Source: Patescibacteria group bacterium (lineage in GTDB: Bacteria > Patescibacteriota > Minisyncoccia > Minisyncoccales > UBA10102). Taken from it: a stretch of 64,000 nt of DNA. The notes beneath the pieces are model-generated. The model saw only the letters and a program-made list of their open reading frames with translations, ran no database searches and was not told the DNA's origin. Positions 43,761 to 52,314 of the stretch are shown here, in pieces. The stretch spans positions 504 through 64,503 of the forward strand of contig JANBVJ010000003.1 of the NCBI GenBank assembly GCA_024239055.1, read 5' to 3'. How positions within the stretch are numbered: position 1 is the stretch's first letter; each line of letters begins with the position of its first letter. Both the position numbers and the translations under genes were made by a program.

Positions 43761-44200
43761 TGAAAACTAAATTCAAAAATTATCATAATGTAAAAACAAT
43801 AGAACAAGCAATAAATCATAATGATATACAAACTAGAAAAATCAATAAAGATGAATCAAAAATTAAAATTAAATATCAAAAAATTGAAAATCTAAAAAAC
43901 GTAATTAAAAAAATTGAAAATGAAATTACAGATTTAGAACATCACCCAAATTTAAGAGAAAGTTATGTACTTGATGAAAATAATCATTATGGATATAATC
44001 AAGTTTTAGAATTATCCAAAGTTGAAAAAGTTGCTATTTGTACCGATCGAAGTGGCAGTATTCATTATGCAATGACAATTTTTAAATTAAATGGTAAATG
44101 GTTCAAAGTTGAAACTCGAATCATTGATCCTAATGATCACAATTCAAAATACACGAACAAGTTACTACAATTAACTAATGAGGAGTTGTATTGGTCATGA
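43760..44200 (+). CDS. hypothetical protein (coiled-coil N-terminus)
   Basis: 146 aa; TAATG overlap. Confidence 0.55.
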   Translation: MKTKFKNYHNVKTIEQAINHNDIQTRKINKDESKIKIKYQKIENLKNVIKKIENEITDLEHHPNLRESYVLDENNHYGYNQVLELSKVEKVAICTDRSGSIHYAMTIFKLNGKWFKVETRIIDPNDHNSKYTNKLLQLTNEELYWS

Positions 44201-44490
44201 AGGCAATACTCGAAGGGAATCAAATTTCACTTAGTTTTTTTCATAAAGTTAGTTTCCATAAGCATGTAAAATATAGTACAAAGTACAAAAATTTAGATAA
44301 AAATCCTCATTGGGATTCAGAAAATTTCTATATCAATCCATTTTATTATAACGGAAAATTACACTTAATTATTACTCCAAAATTCTTAATGAGTGCTAAA
44401 TCAAAATTTTATTTCATAAAGAAAAACCATTTCAGAGCAGTATCTAGTCATGGCATAACAGACTTTGAGATTTTGGAGGATTTATCTTGA
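44191..44490 (+). CDS. hypothetical protein
   Basis: 99 aa; TTG 44191 or ATG 44197. Confidence 0.5.
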   Translation: MVMKAILEGNQISLSFFHKVSFHKHVKYSTKYKNLDKNPHWDSENFYINPFYYNGKLHLIITPKFLMSAKSKFYFIKKNHFRAVSSHGITDFEILEDLS

Positions 44491-44520
44491 TTACTGTTAC
44501 TAACCTATTAACTCTCGACT

Positions 44521-44580
44521 GTTTGTTCACTTTGAACACACAACTCTTTAATACTACAACTACTACTACTACTACTAATG
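44521..44580 (+). promoter_or_regulatory. Promoter/operator cassette C
   Basis: TTGTTC-acttt-GAACA (44523-44538); CTTTAATA box (44546-44553); (ACT)x6 (44559-44576); ATG 44578. Confidence 0.6.
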
Positions 44581-45171
44581 GAAAACAACCAAACCATGAC
44601 CGTAGAATCGGAGGCAGAAAAATTGAATAGAAAAGAAAGGAAAAATCAAATCTCAGAAATTTGGAGAGAATTACCATTAAATTATAGAAAATATTTTGCT
44701 CTTTGTGATGACTGTGGTGTTATAGAAAGATACGGTTCAATGTTCTATGCGGAAAGAGCATCAAAAAAACATGAAGGATATAAAAAATACGCTGGTCATA
44801 TAGCACATGCAGAATGTAAACCACAATTCATTAAGACACATCAAATTCAAGGTTCAAAACCAAACATACAGAGAAATTGTGACTTAGAAAGATTACTAGA
44901 AGATCCAGAAAATCAAAAATTATTTACTTTACACACTTCGGATCTTATCTTAGCAAATTTTGTTGACGAAATATCATACCAGTTAAGAAAGAAAAAAGAT
45001 CCAAACTTTTTTGGTTCAAAATATTGGTATGACATTATAGAAAGAGGAGATTCAGTAGAAAGAGAACTACAGAGAAGGAAAAAAGAAGATGAGGTTGCAG
45101 TTTCATCTTTAGCATTCCCAATACAACTTTCAAAAACGATCAAGGCTTTACCAGAGGTAATTGTAAGATGA
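44578..45171 (+). CDS. first-gene protein of cassette C
   Basis: MENNQTMTVESEAEKL...; shares the 23 nt block GACCGTAGAATCGGAGGCAGAAA with 52973; CDDCG motif. Confidence 0.6.
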   Translation: MENNQTMTVESEAEKLNRKERKNQISEIWRELPLNYRKYFALCDDCGVIERYGSMFYAERASKKHEGYKKYAGHIAHAECKPQFIKTHQIQGSKPNIQRNCDLERLLEDPENQKLFTLHTSDLILANFVDEISYQLRKKKDPNFFGSKYWYDIIERGDSVERELQRRKKEDEVAVSSLAFPIQLSKTIKALPEVIVR

Positions 45172-45707
45172 AAGCACAATTAGCAAAGTCAGAATTAGTT
45201 TATGATAATGCAGATGAAAATCATTATAAAATTCGAGTTCAATCTTTACCAGATCCAACTAGAGTTCGTTTAATTATCAATCCAATTAAAGATCAACTTC
45301 AAGAAGAGCATCAAGATCAATATAGATATTGGATTAGTTTCAAAAAAGCATCATTAACAAGTTTAATTGATTCAGTTGATGACTTAACAAAAAAAGATGT
45401 TGTTAGAGATATTATGACCGTTAAGAATGCAATTTGTTTTACTAGAGACGGAGTTTTGTTTTGTAAACATTATGATACGATTATTTTTGCATACGAATTA
45501 CAAAGTAAAAAGGTTTTAGAGTTATATGCTAATTGTTCACAGACTACAAACAGACAATTAGATTATATCGTGTCTTGGTTAAAAAAACAAGGACATATTG
45601 ATCAGAATAGATGGGATTGGATAAGAGAAAATCATACAAAGTATGAACCAACAACCAGAGGCGTAAAAAACAAGTTTTGGGATTCTGAATATGGAGGCGG
45701 ATTTTAA
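45168..45707 (+). CDS. hypothetical protein (conserved phage/plasmid-type family, unnamed)
   Basis: ATGA overlap; motif HYDTIIFAYE...NCSQTTNRQLDYI. Confidence 0.6.
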   Translation: MKAQLAKSELVYDNADENHYKIRVQSLPDPTRVRLIINPIKDQLQEEHQDQYRYWISFKKASLTSLIDSVDDLTKKDVVRDIMTVKNAICFTRDGVLFCKHYDTIIFAYELQSKKVLELYANCSQTTNRQLDYIVSWLKKQGHIDQNRWDWIRENHTKYEPTTRGVKNKFWDSEYGGGF

Positions 45708-45709
45708 AA

Positions 45710-46039
45710 ATGAATCAAAAACAATTCCTAGAATCAGGAAATTATTTAATTGATGAAGTCAAAACAAGAGCAGAAAAAGGATCACCATACTTTTTCAGTC
45801 CTGCAACAATGAGAGGATTTTCAAGTCGTTTAAGTGAACTGTGCTGGCGTTCAGGCGAAAAAATTTACTTCATAACAAGTGAAGCCGATAAAGATTACAT
45901 AAAACATTCTGGATCGGTTCGTCAATGGACTGTAAGATATATTTCATTAGACGGAAATATTGAAACATTAGGAAAATTCCAAGAACATCAAAATCTTAAC
46001 GATGCAAGAAGAGCAGTAAAAGAGGCTTTAGTACATTGA
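45710..46039 (+). CDS. hypothetical protein
   Basis: 109 aa; motif GSPYFFSPATMRGFSSR. Confidence 0.55.
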   Translation: MNQKQFLESGNYLIDEVKTRAEKGSPYFFSPATMRGFSSRLSELCWRSGEKIYFITSEADKDYIKHSGSVRQWTVRYISLDGNIETLGKFQEHQNLNDARRAVKEALVH

Positions 46040-46608
46040 CAATTTACAAAACTTTCAAACACAAAAAAGATGCAAATAGATTACTTGAAATTCATTATGA
46101 TGAAAATCCAGAGTCACCTAGAGAATGGGATGCACATAACGGAATTATGGTTTGTTGTCATAATAGATATAATTTAGGCGATAAACAATTTGAGGATGCA
46201 CAAATTTTAGTTGAACATATCAACGAAATAAAACCTTTAGTAAAATTACCATTATATCTTCTTGATCATTCAGGTATTACAATTTCAACATCAGACTTTA
46301 ATGATAAATGGGATTCTGGACAAGTTGGTTTTATTTACACAACTAAAGAAAAATTAAAAAAATTAGGACATAAAAAAATTCCTACAAAGAAAAAACTTAT
46401 TGAATGGTTAAAGAGTGAGGTTTCAGTTTATGATGATTATCTTAGGGGAAACGTTTTTGGTTATATAGAATACAAAATTGATCAATGCAATTTAGATCAT
46501 GATCATAAAGAACAGATTGATAGTGTTTGGGGATTTTACGGATCAGACTTTGATGAAAATGGAATTTTTGATGGTGAGTTAGATAAAAAAGATTGGGAGG
46601 AAATTTAA
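46036..46608 (+). CDS. hypothetical protein
   Basis: TTGA overlap; motifs ENPESPREWDAHNGIMVCCHNRYNLGD, LLDHSGITIS, WDSGQVGFIY. Confidence 0.6.
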   Translation: MTIYKTFKHKKDANRLLEIHYDENPESPREWDAHNGIMVCCHNRYNLGDKQFEDAQILVEHINEIKPLVKLPLYLLDHSGITISTSDFNDKWDSGQVGFIYTTKEKLKKLGHKKIPTKKKLIEWLKSEVSVYDDYLRGNVFGYIEYKIDQCNLDHDHKEQIDSVWGFYGSDFDENGIFDGELDKKDWEEI

Positions 46609-46773
46609 TTGGCAATTGAGATTTATTCTACAAATCCAAAATATCTTAAAAAATTATTTGCAGAAAAAATTCTAGTCTTAATGAATGGAAATCCTATTGA
46701 TGACTATAACGAAGTTTTATCGTTTAGAAAGTTCTCAAAAATTACTAGACGACTAAAGGAGGAAGGATATTAA
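46609..46773 (+). CDS. hypothetical small protein (54 aa)
   Basis: TTG immediately after the upstream TAA; hand translation MAIEIYSTNPKYLKKLF... Confidence 0.4.
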   Translation: MAIEIYSTNPKYLKKLFAEKILVLMNGNPIDDYNEVLSFRKFSKITRRLKEEGY

Positions 46774-46774
46774 A

Positions 46775-46996
46775 TTGAGTTTACAGAGATTAAAAGAACA
46801 AGAAGATCAACTTTGTGATTCAAAATTTGATTTAGAGTTTGATATTTTTGAAAAACTTGGTTCTTTAATTCAAGCAAAGTGGGATTCAAATTCATTAAAG
46901 TTTGATCTTTCAAAAATGTTATCTGAACATGAAAAAATTTCTGTAGATCTCTATGATGTATGGGATGAAATAAAAGTTTTGGAGGATAAAAAATAA
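46775..46996 (+). CDS. hypothetical protein
   Basis: 73 aa; TTG start. Confidence 0.45.
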   Translation: MSLQRLKEQEDQLCDSKFDLEFDIFEKLGSLIQAKWDSNSLKFDLSKMLSEHEKISVDLYDVWDEIKVLEDKK

Positions 46997-47130
46997 TGTG
47001 TGACATCAGAAACTGTTTGAGATTAGGACATCATATAACCGTAAAATTTCCAAACCAAAAAGACACTATGGAGATCTGTGATTTCCATTGTGACGATTCC
47101 ATAAAGCAGTATGAGGTAGTTGAAAATTGA
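46996..47130 (+). CDS. small Cys/His protein (44 aa)
   Basis: TAATG overlap; MCDIRNCLRLGHH...EICDFHCDDS. Confidence 0.4.
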   Translation: MCDIRNCLRLGHHITVKFPNQKDTMEICDFHCDDSIKQYEVVEN

Positions 47131-47456
47131 CTCAAGGTTATTGGGATGGAGAATTAGATGACATTTTTGAAGAGTTTAATGAAAAAAATCTTACAAAATA
47201 TATCAAAGTAATTCTAAAAGATATAAAATTATTCAAAAAAGGAGATGAGATTCAAGTTAGAAATCTTGAATATAATCCAGAGCAAAAAGGAGATACAACT
47301 TCATACTTAGGATGTGATTTTCAAATACTTAACAAGTTAACAAATAACATAACACAAGGATTTTGTTCTGGTCATGGAACAACACTTGGAGATCCAGATT
47401 CAGATTCTTACTATGAAGAGATTCTAGACTTATCAGTTGAGGTAGATCAAAATTGA
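47127..47456 (+). CDS. hypothetical protein
   Basis: 109 aa; TTGA overlap. Confidence 0.5.
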   Translation: MTQGYWDGELDDIFEEFNEKNLTKYIKVILKDIKLFKKGDEIQVRNLEYNPEQKGDTTSYLGCDFQILNKLTNNITQGFCSGHGTTLGDPDSDSYYEEILDLSVEVDQN

Positions 47457-47695
47457 CATACAAAGGACAACAAATCAGACCAGCAAAAACTTTCATCTTT
47501 AGATTTGAACATACTGTTACAGAAAGTGATTTAGAAACCGCTAAAGACATACTTGATGAAAATCCAATTTTCTTACGTGCTGACGACTACAAATTAGTTG
47601 GTACAAGAAAACCAACATCAGAAGAGTTGTCTTACTATAACGAATTTGAAAAAGAAGTTATTGATGACATGGAGGCAAGTGGAGAATTAAAATGA
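47453..47695 (+). CDS. hypothetical protein
   Basis: 80 aa; TTGA overlap. Confidence 0.5.
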   Translation: MTYKGQQIRPAKTFIFRFEHTVTESDLETAKDILDENPIFLRADDYKLVGTRKPTSEELSYYNEFEKEVIDDMEASGELK

Positions 47696-47997
47696 ATCAA
47701 TTTGTAAAACACTGTGAACAATGCGCAGAGTTTAATGAATCAGTGGATAAAGCAATTAAGCAATGGGGTTATTGTAATGATGAAAAAATACAAGAATGGT
47801 ATAATTTCAAAGATGTAACATTTTTTCCTAAAGTAAATCAGATTGAAACTTTTGAAGATGGATCAACTATACATCAACAAGCACCAGACAGATACTATTG
47901 TAAAGACTGTATTGCATCATGGGATAATGATGCTTATGACGATTATTCCTACGAAGAGTTACCAGAACAACCAATTAAAGTGGAGGTTTTGAAATGA
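47692..47997 (+). CDS. zinc-ribbon protein
   Basis: ATGA overlap; CEQC...CKDC. Confidence 0.55.
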   Translation: MNQFVKHCEQCAEFNESVDKAIKQWGYCNDEKIQEWYNFKDVTFFPKVNQIETFEDGSTIHQQAPDRYYCKDCIASWDNDAYDDYSYEELPEQPIKVEVLK

Positions 47998-48401
47998 GTT
48001 TCAGTTGGAGAGAGAGATTAAAGAGAGCAAAAAAAAGAATACTTGAAGGTTTAGAGATCGAAGAGTCTCAAAAAGATGAGGTATGGAAATACATTTGGGA
48101 TAACATCGGATCATTTTGTAGAGAGTCAGACGAACAGGTAAAATTAGTTTATGGAGATAGATGCAACATTGACGAAGAGGTAGAAAAACTCTATCAAAGT
48201 GAATTCGATGAGATGACAATAGATATTGTTGAAAAAATCCTTGAACGACTTGGATATAAGTTAAAGAAAAAGAAAAAAGCAAAAAAGAAAAATAAAAATG
48301 CAGAGCAGACAGAAGAGCAAACTGATTCTGATTCTGATTCAGATTCCGATACTGATTCAGAAATTGCAGAGGAGCAACAAACAGAGGTAGTTACACATTG
48401 A
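47994..48401 (+). CDS. hypothetical protein with K-rich and (DS)n tail
   Basis: ATGA overlap; KKKKKAKKKNK then DSDSDSDSDTDS, encoded by a GATTCN hexamer repeat. Confidence 0.55.
   Translation: MSFSWRERLKRAKKRILEGLEIEESQKDEVWKYIWDNIGSFCRESDEQVKLVYGDRCNIDEEVEKLYQSEFDEMTIDIVEKILERLGYKLKKKKKAKKKNKNAEQTEEQTDSDSDSDSDTDSEIAEEQQTEVVTH
48324..48359 (+). repeat. Hexanucleotide coding repeat (GATTCT/GATTCA/GATTCC/GATACT)
   Basis: Six tandem hexamers encoding DS/DT dipeptides. Confidence 0.8.
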
Positions 48402-48637
48402 GAAATTACAGTAGTTGTTTGGCTAATTATGTACCAATGAGAAGAGATTCAGAATTAGTTAGGATTGAAAGTTCATTATCAGATATTAGAGATGTAAAAA
48501 AATCATTCCAATTCAGACTTCAATATGGTAAAGGAAAATTAAATGAAGGAATTATTCAAACTCAAATTTATGAACTAGAAAGAATTGAAAATGGAATTGT
48601 AAGAGTTCTACAAAAATTAGAGAGGGTACAAAGTTGA
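48398..48637 (+). CDS. hypothetical protein
   Basis: 79 aa; TTGA overlap. Confidence 0.5.
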   Translation: MRNYSSCLANYVPMRRDSELVRIESSLSDIRDVKKSFQFRLQYGKGKLNEGIIQTQIYELERIENGIVRVLQKLERVQS

Positions 48638-49089
48638 CTAGAAAAAATTATGATCAACCAATAATTGACGGATCTTTATTATCAGAAAATTATACTCCAA
48701 CTATGAAAGGAGCAATGGCAATAATAGAATACATTGGAAAAATTGTTCTTGGAGTTTCAGAACAAGATTCGATCGTAAAGATCCAGAAAAAAGAAGGTTT
48801 ACCAAATTTCCTTAAAGAGAGAGACAGAATTGAAAAACTTGAGAACAAAAAATTAACTCCCGATGAATTAGAGAACTTAGAAAATAAAATTCGTTATGAA
48901 ATATTTCCTTCAAAAATTGGCAATAAGACAGAGATAATGAGATTACTATTCATGACTGTATGTACTGAGGAAAATCCATTCTGGAAAAAGATTTCTGAAC
49001 AACTTAGAAAAGAATCAGCAGACATTGCTCAGAAAGTTTTCAGGATTGAACAAGCAACTAACGACAACGATGACAGGGATCACTTATGA
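48634..49089 (+). CDS. hypothetical protein
   Basis: 151 aa; TTGA overlap. Confidence 0.55.
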   Translation: MTRKNYDQPIIDGSLLSENYTPTMKGAMAIIEYIGKIVLGVSEQDSIVKIQKKEGLPNFLKERDRIEKLENKKLTPDELENLENKIRYEIFPSKIGNKTEIMRLLFMTVCTEENPFWKKISEQLRKESADIAQKVFRIEQATNDNDDRDHL

Positions 49090-49099
49090 GGTTAATAAC

Positions 49100-49810
49100 A
49101 TGGCTTTAGAAACAAATCTATTAAAAAAATTACTCGAAGATGATTGGGTTTTAGTTACCTACGACATTAAAGGTAGACACTACTCGGATGAAGATGCAAG
49201 ACAGGCAAGAATAAGAAAAGAAAGAAGGCAAGGAGCAACAGCAGAAGAGGCTTTAGAGACTGTTAGTTGTGAAAAGAGAAATCTCTTTAGAGAAAAACTT
49301 GAATATCGATTTGGTGCGGTTAAACAAAATGATTCTGTTTACTTTGTACCAGCAAAACTTGCAAGTAAGAGAGAAGAGTTAATTGAGACTTTGAAATATT
49401 GGGCAGGACAATATGGAGTTGACATTAAGGCAGTTGGAGTTAACATTGACGATCAAGAACAAGTAGAAAATTTATCAAATCAATATACTAGAAATCTAAA
49501 AAATTTGTTAAAGGAGATGAATGATAACTTGAAAGAGTCTTGGAAAAAGATAAAAGATCTTGAAGATGACGTTGCTAAAGATCCAAAAAAGAAACTTACA
49601 GGTGCATACAGAATAATTGAGGGAGTATCAACTGAGTTTACAGACGTACAAGCATTGATTAATCGTTGGGGAAATGAGGATGACCAATGGGATCTTGATT
49701 CTTTAAAGTACAAAGTCATTCAATTAATTCAAAGATGGAATAGTATTAGAAAAAGTAGAAAATTAGAAGAACAATCATTCGACTTGAAGGATAAGGGGAT
49801 TAGAAAATGA
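49100..49810 (+). CDS. hypothetical protein (weak Cas2/VapD-like beta-alpha-beta N-terminus)
   Basis: Start set at ATG 49100 (GAGGT 8 nt upstream). WVLVTYDI...LEYRFGAVKQNDSVYFV loosely recalls the Cas2 YDI...G..vQ.SVy pattern; not reliable by eye. Confidence 0.55.
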   Translation: MALETNLLKKLLEDDWVLVTYDIKGRHYSDEDARQARIRKERRQGATAEEALETVSCEKRNLFREKLEYRFGAVKQNDSVYFVPAKLASKREELIETLKYWAGQYGVDIKAVGVNIDDQEQVENLSNQYTRNLKNLLKEMNDNLKESWKKIKDLEDDVAKDPKKKLTGAYRIIEGVSTEFTDVQALINRWGNEDDQWDLDSLKYKVIQLIQRWNSIRKSRKLEEQSFDLKDKGIRK

Positions 49811-50145
49811 GTTCGTGGGAAGATAAAGTTAATGAGATTTCAAACAATCGTCATATAGATAATTCAAAGATAAGGATTAATGCAGTAATGGAAATTAGGA
49901 AAAACTTGAATATTCTTGTTAAATATTTGAGAAAAAAGAATTTGACAATGGATGAATTAAGACTTTATCTTGAAAACGAAGTTATCGAATACTTAGATCA
50001 GTATGAGGCATGTGATAAAAAAGGACATGATATAAGAAATTTTAATCTTGATAAAGATGAATTTCCATGTTTTCTTTGTGATGAAAAAGTTGGTCTTGAT
50101 TTCGTAAAAGGTAATGATGGCAATTACAGGAGAAGAAAAAATTGA
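49807..50145 (+). CDS. hypothetical protein
   Basis: 112 aa; ATGA overlap. Confidence 0.55.
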   Translation: MSSWEDKVNEISNNRHIDNSKIRINAVMEIRKNLNILVKYLRKKNLTMDELRLYLENEVIEYLDQYEACDKKGHDIRNFNLDKDEFPCFLCDEKVGLDFVKGNDGNYRRRKN

Positions 50146-50315
50146 AAATTACAATTAAAATTTGCTCTCAATGTGAGGATAATTTTAATATTGAAAATGC
50201 AAAATATAGAAATTTTTGGCAGTTACCACTTTGCGATAATTGTTATGATAAAGGTTTGAAACCTTTAGGATTTCCTAAACATTGGATTTGGAAAAAGGAG
50301 ATGTTAACAAATTGA
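50142..50315 (+). CDS. small zinc-ribbon protein (57 aa)
   Basis: TTGA at both ends; MKITIKICSQCEDNF...LPLCDNCYDKG. Confidence 0.4.
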   Translation: MKITIKICSQCEDNFNIENAKYRNFWQLPLCDNCYDKGLKPLGFPKHWIWKKEMLTN

Positions 50316-50578
50316 CTAGAAGTAAAAGACATGATTACATACTTGTAAATCTCGATTTAACTCCAAGAAATCTTTGGAGAATACATTGGGATGAACAGTT
50401 TGAATATACAGACAAAAAACATGATGGATATGCAGTAGAGACAGATGATGATCAAATACCAGACTCACAGTTAATCCGTTATGGCGCATCGGTTCATGAT
50501 TACTTAGAAGAACATGGAATGGAATGTGAAGAGGTAAATGGAGACGATATAATTTTCTGGAGGAAACAAAATGATTAA
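50312..50578 (+). CDS. hypothetical protein
   Basis: Start set at the TTGA junction 50312, in frame with track ORF 50282. Confidence 0.5.
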   Translation: MTRSKRHDYILVNLDLTPRNLWRIHWDEQFEYTDKKHDGYAVETDDDQIPDSQLIRYGASVHDYLEEHGMECEEVNGDDIIFWRKQND

Positions 50579-50825
50579 GAAAGTAAAATTAGAACAAGGT
50601 GAATCTTCTGGAAAATGCGGAAACTGTGAAGTAAGATACATTTGGAAATACAAACCAAGAGTAAGTGAAGCATATTGCCCAAAATGCAAAGCAAAACTAT
50701 TTCCTACAACATGGCAGTTAAGATACAAAGTAAGTAGAAGAAAGATTCTCACAGGTAAAAGACTTCCAAACAACGAGTTTTGGGAAGGAAAGAAATGGGA
50801 GAAGTTAGAGGAGATTCAACTATGA
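50571..50825 (+). CDS. zinc-ribbon protein
   Basis: CGNCEVRY...CPKCKAKL. Confidence 0.5.
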   Translation: MIKKVKLEQGESSGKCGNCEVRYIWKYKPRVSEAYCPKCKAKLFPTTWQLRYKVSRRKILTGKRLPNNEFWEGKKWEKLEEIQL

Positions 50826-50923
50826 TAGACAAACAAGTTATTCTAACAATGTTAGATGAGATATTAGAAAGAATGGAAAAGACAGCGATTAAAATCGAAA
50901 TACTAAAGGAGAAATTAAAATGA
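50822..50923 (+). CDS. hypothetical small protein (33 aa)
   Basis: ATGA at both ends; helical MIDKQVILTMLDEILERMEK... Confidence 0.3.
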   Translation: MIDKQVILTMLDEILERMEKTAIKIEILKEKLK

Positions 50924-51117
50924 GTAAGACTCCAGAAATTCCAAAAGAATTTGAACTTGCTATTGCCAATGCTATTCGTCAATTAGTGGAAGAGGGTAAA
51001 GTCAAAATGTGTTTGGATAAAAAAACCAGAGAGACATCATATTATCTTACTGAACGTGAACATGAGGTTGATCTCGAAAACGTTGATCTATTGGATGGAG
51101 AGGAGAAATTAAAATGA
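50920..51117 (+). CDS. hypothetical protein
   Basis: 65 aa; ATGA overlap. Confidence 0.45.
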   Translation: MSKTPEIPKEFELAIANAIRQLVEEGKVKMCLDKKTRETSYYLTEREHEVDLENVDLLDGEEKLK

Positions 51118-51215
51118 TTACTTTTGATTATAAAAAACATTTACTGAATTGCCATTGGTCAAATTGTTCAACGTGCAAAAAAGCGTATGAAAAAATGATG
51201 GAGAGAAAAAATTGA
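51114..51215 (+). CDS. small Cys/His protein (33 aa)
   Basis: ATGA start, TTGA end; NCHWSNCSTCKKAY. Confidence 0.35.
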   Translation: MITFDYKKHLLNCHWSNCSTCKKAYEKMMERKN

Positions 51216-51400
51216 TTAAATGTTCTCTATGTGAACAAGAATTTAATGAGAATGATCCGTTAATTGAACAAAGAAAAAAACGACACGAATTAGGCAGACA
51301 TACACATCATACAGTAATTAGTCAAAGAGACGGATCAATTTGTTCAAAACCAATGGGAAATTTGGTTTATGGAAAAGTAGAATGGAGAAATGAAAATTGA
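51212..51400 (+). CDS. small zinc-binding protein
   Basis: TTGA overlap; KCSLCEQEF...RHELGRHTHH. Confidence 0.45.
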   Translation: MIKCSLCEQEFNENDPLIEQRKKRHELGRHTHHTVISQRDGSICSKPMGNLVYGKVEWRNEN

Positions 51401-51597
51401 CATTCATTCAAAAATTTAGTGAGGCAAAAATTGTATATAGAAAAATTGCTAAAGAATTCAACATCAAAAATCCTAATGACTGGAATAAATTTGTAAAGAC
51501 AAAAGACTTTAAACAATACAAAAATCTTCTACCAAAAAATCCAGAAGTTTACTATTCAAAAAAGAATGTAATTAAGAGAATGGGGATTAAAAATTGA
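51397..51597 (+). CDS. hypothetical protein
   Basis: 66 aa; TTGA overlap. Confidence 0.45.
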   Translation: MTFIQKFSEAKIVYRKIAKEFNIKNPNDWNKFVKTKDFKQYKNLLPKNPEVYYSKKNVIKRMGIKN

Positions 51598-51643
51598 GTA
51601 AAGATAACAAGTTAATAACCATACAGTTAGAGGTAGAGAACTA

Positions 51644-51754
51644 ATGAGTTGTAATACTTGTAGAAGAAGTGATCCTCACTGTCATCATTTCTTTGATAAA
51701 TCTAAATGTGTTTTTTGTGGATATGAACCATTTAAAGATGAGGTAGAGAACTAA
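51644..51754 (+). CDS. mini-gene b: 36 aa Cys/His peptide
   Basis: MSCNTCRRSDPHCHHFFDKSKCVFCGYEPFKDEVEN*; flanked by GAGGTAGAGAACTAATGA junctions. Confidence 0.35.
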   Translation: MSCNTCRRSDPHCHHFFDKSKCVFCGYEPFKDEVEN

Positions 51755-51918
51755 TGACAGATAGAAACAAGACAGGAGATGCAAGACAAAGACCACGAAA
51801 GAATCTAAAAAGCAGAAAATTAACGAAGGAAGAATTTGAAAAGACAATAAAGAACAATCACATGGTTTTAGGAAAGGATAATGTTTGGAGATTTCCAAGT
51901 GAGGTAGAGAAAAAATGA
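51754..51918 (+). CDS. mini-gene c: 54 aa basic peptide
   Basis: MTDRNKTGDARQRPRKNLKSRKL...FPSEVEKK*; same junction motif. Confidence 0.35.
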   Translation: MTDRNKTGDARQRPRKNLKSRKLTKEEFEKTIKNNHMVLGKDNVWRFPSEVEKK

Positions 51919-52046
51919 GTTTTCAAGCACCATTATGCAAAAGTTGTTTTCACACTGATCCAGATTACTCTTCACTTGGAGTCAACGAAAAAGGAATAAT
52001 CAAGTTAAAGTGTGTACACTGTGGAGCAGTTTCGGAGAAAGATTAG
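51915..52046 (+). CDS. mini-gene d: 43 aa zinc-ribbon peptide
   Basis: MSFQAPLCKSCFHTD...KCVHCGAVSEKD*. Confidence 0.35.
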   Translation: MSFQAPLCKSCFHTDPDYSSLGVNEKGIIKLKCVHCGAVSEKD

Positions 52047-52080
52047 ATTGAAACAAACTTCATCCGATGGGAACAGAAAA

Positions 52081-52314
52081 ATGAAATTTTACGATTACGA
52101 TATTGTTCAATGCAGATGGTGTTACAAAAATATTCCAAGACAAGATGCCAAATTAAGTCAATCAGATGAAGATAAACCAGAACATTATGAGTTGAATCCA
52201 CGAAATGAAAAAGATGTTTATTTTGACGAAAACGGTAAAAGATTATGGGTTTATTGTAGTGACTGTGATAAAGAGATAATTGAAGCAAATAGGGATGATT
52301 TTTCAATTGAGTGA
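52081..52314 (+). CDS. zinc-ribbon protein
   Basis: Start set at ATG 52081 (MKFYDYDIVQCRWCYKN...CSDCDKE); the track GTG start overlaps mini-gene d. Confidence 0.45.
   Translation: MKFYDYDIVQCRWCYKNIPRQDAKLSQSDEDKPEHYELNPRNEKDVYFDENGKRLWVYCSDCDKEIIEANRDDFSIE

Noticed and set aside
44444-44677. 77 aa minus ORF containing a poly-Val run (also 52855..53049 minus)
   Set aside because: The poly-Val is the reverse translation of the (ACT)n promoter repeat, and the ORF overlaps cassettes C and E.
49100-49810. Cas2/VapD-like assignment
   Set aside because: Only a loose YDI...G..vQ.SVy resemblance, with a long insertion. This is too weak to call without a profile search, so it is noted only in the feature evidence.
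51641-51898. 85 aa minus-strand ORF
   Set aside because: It covers the + strand mini-gene array, whose repeated SD/start junctions support + strand coding.
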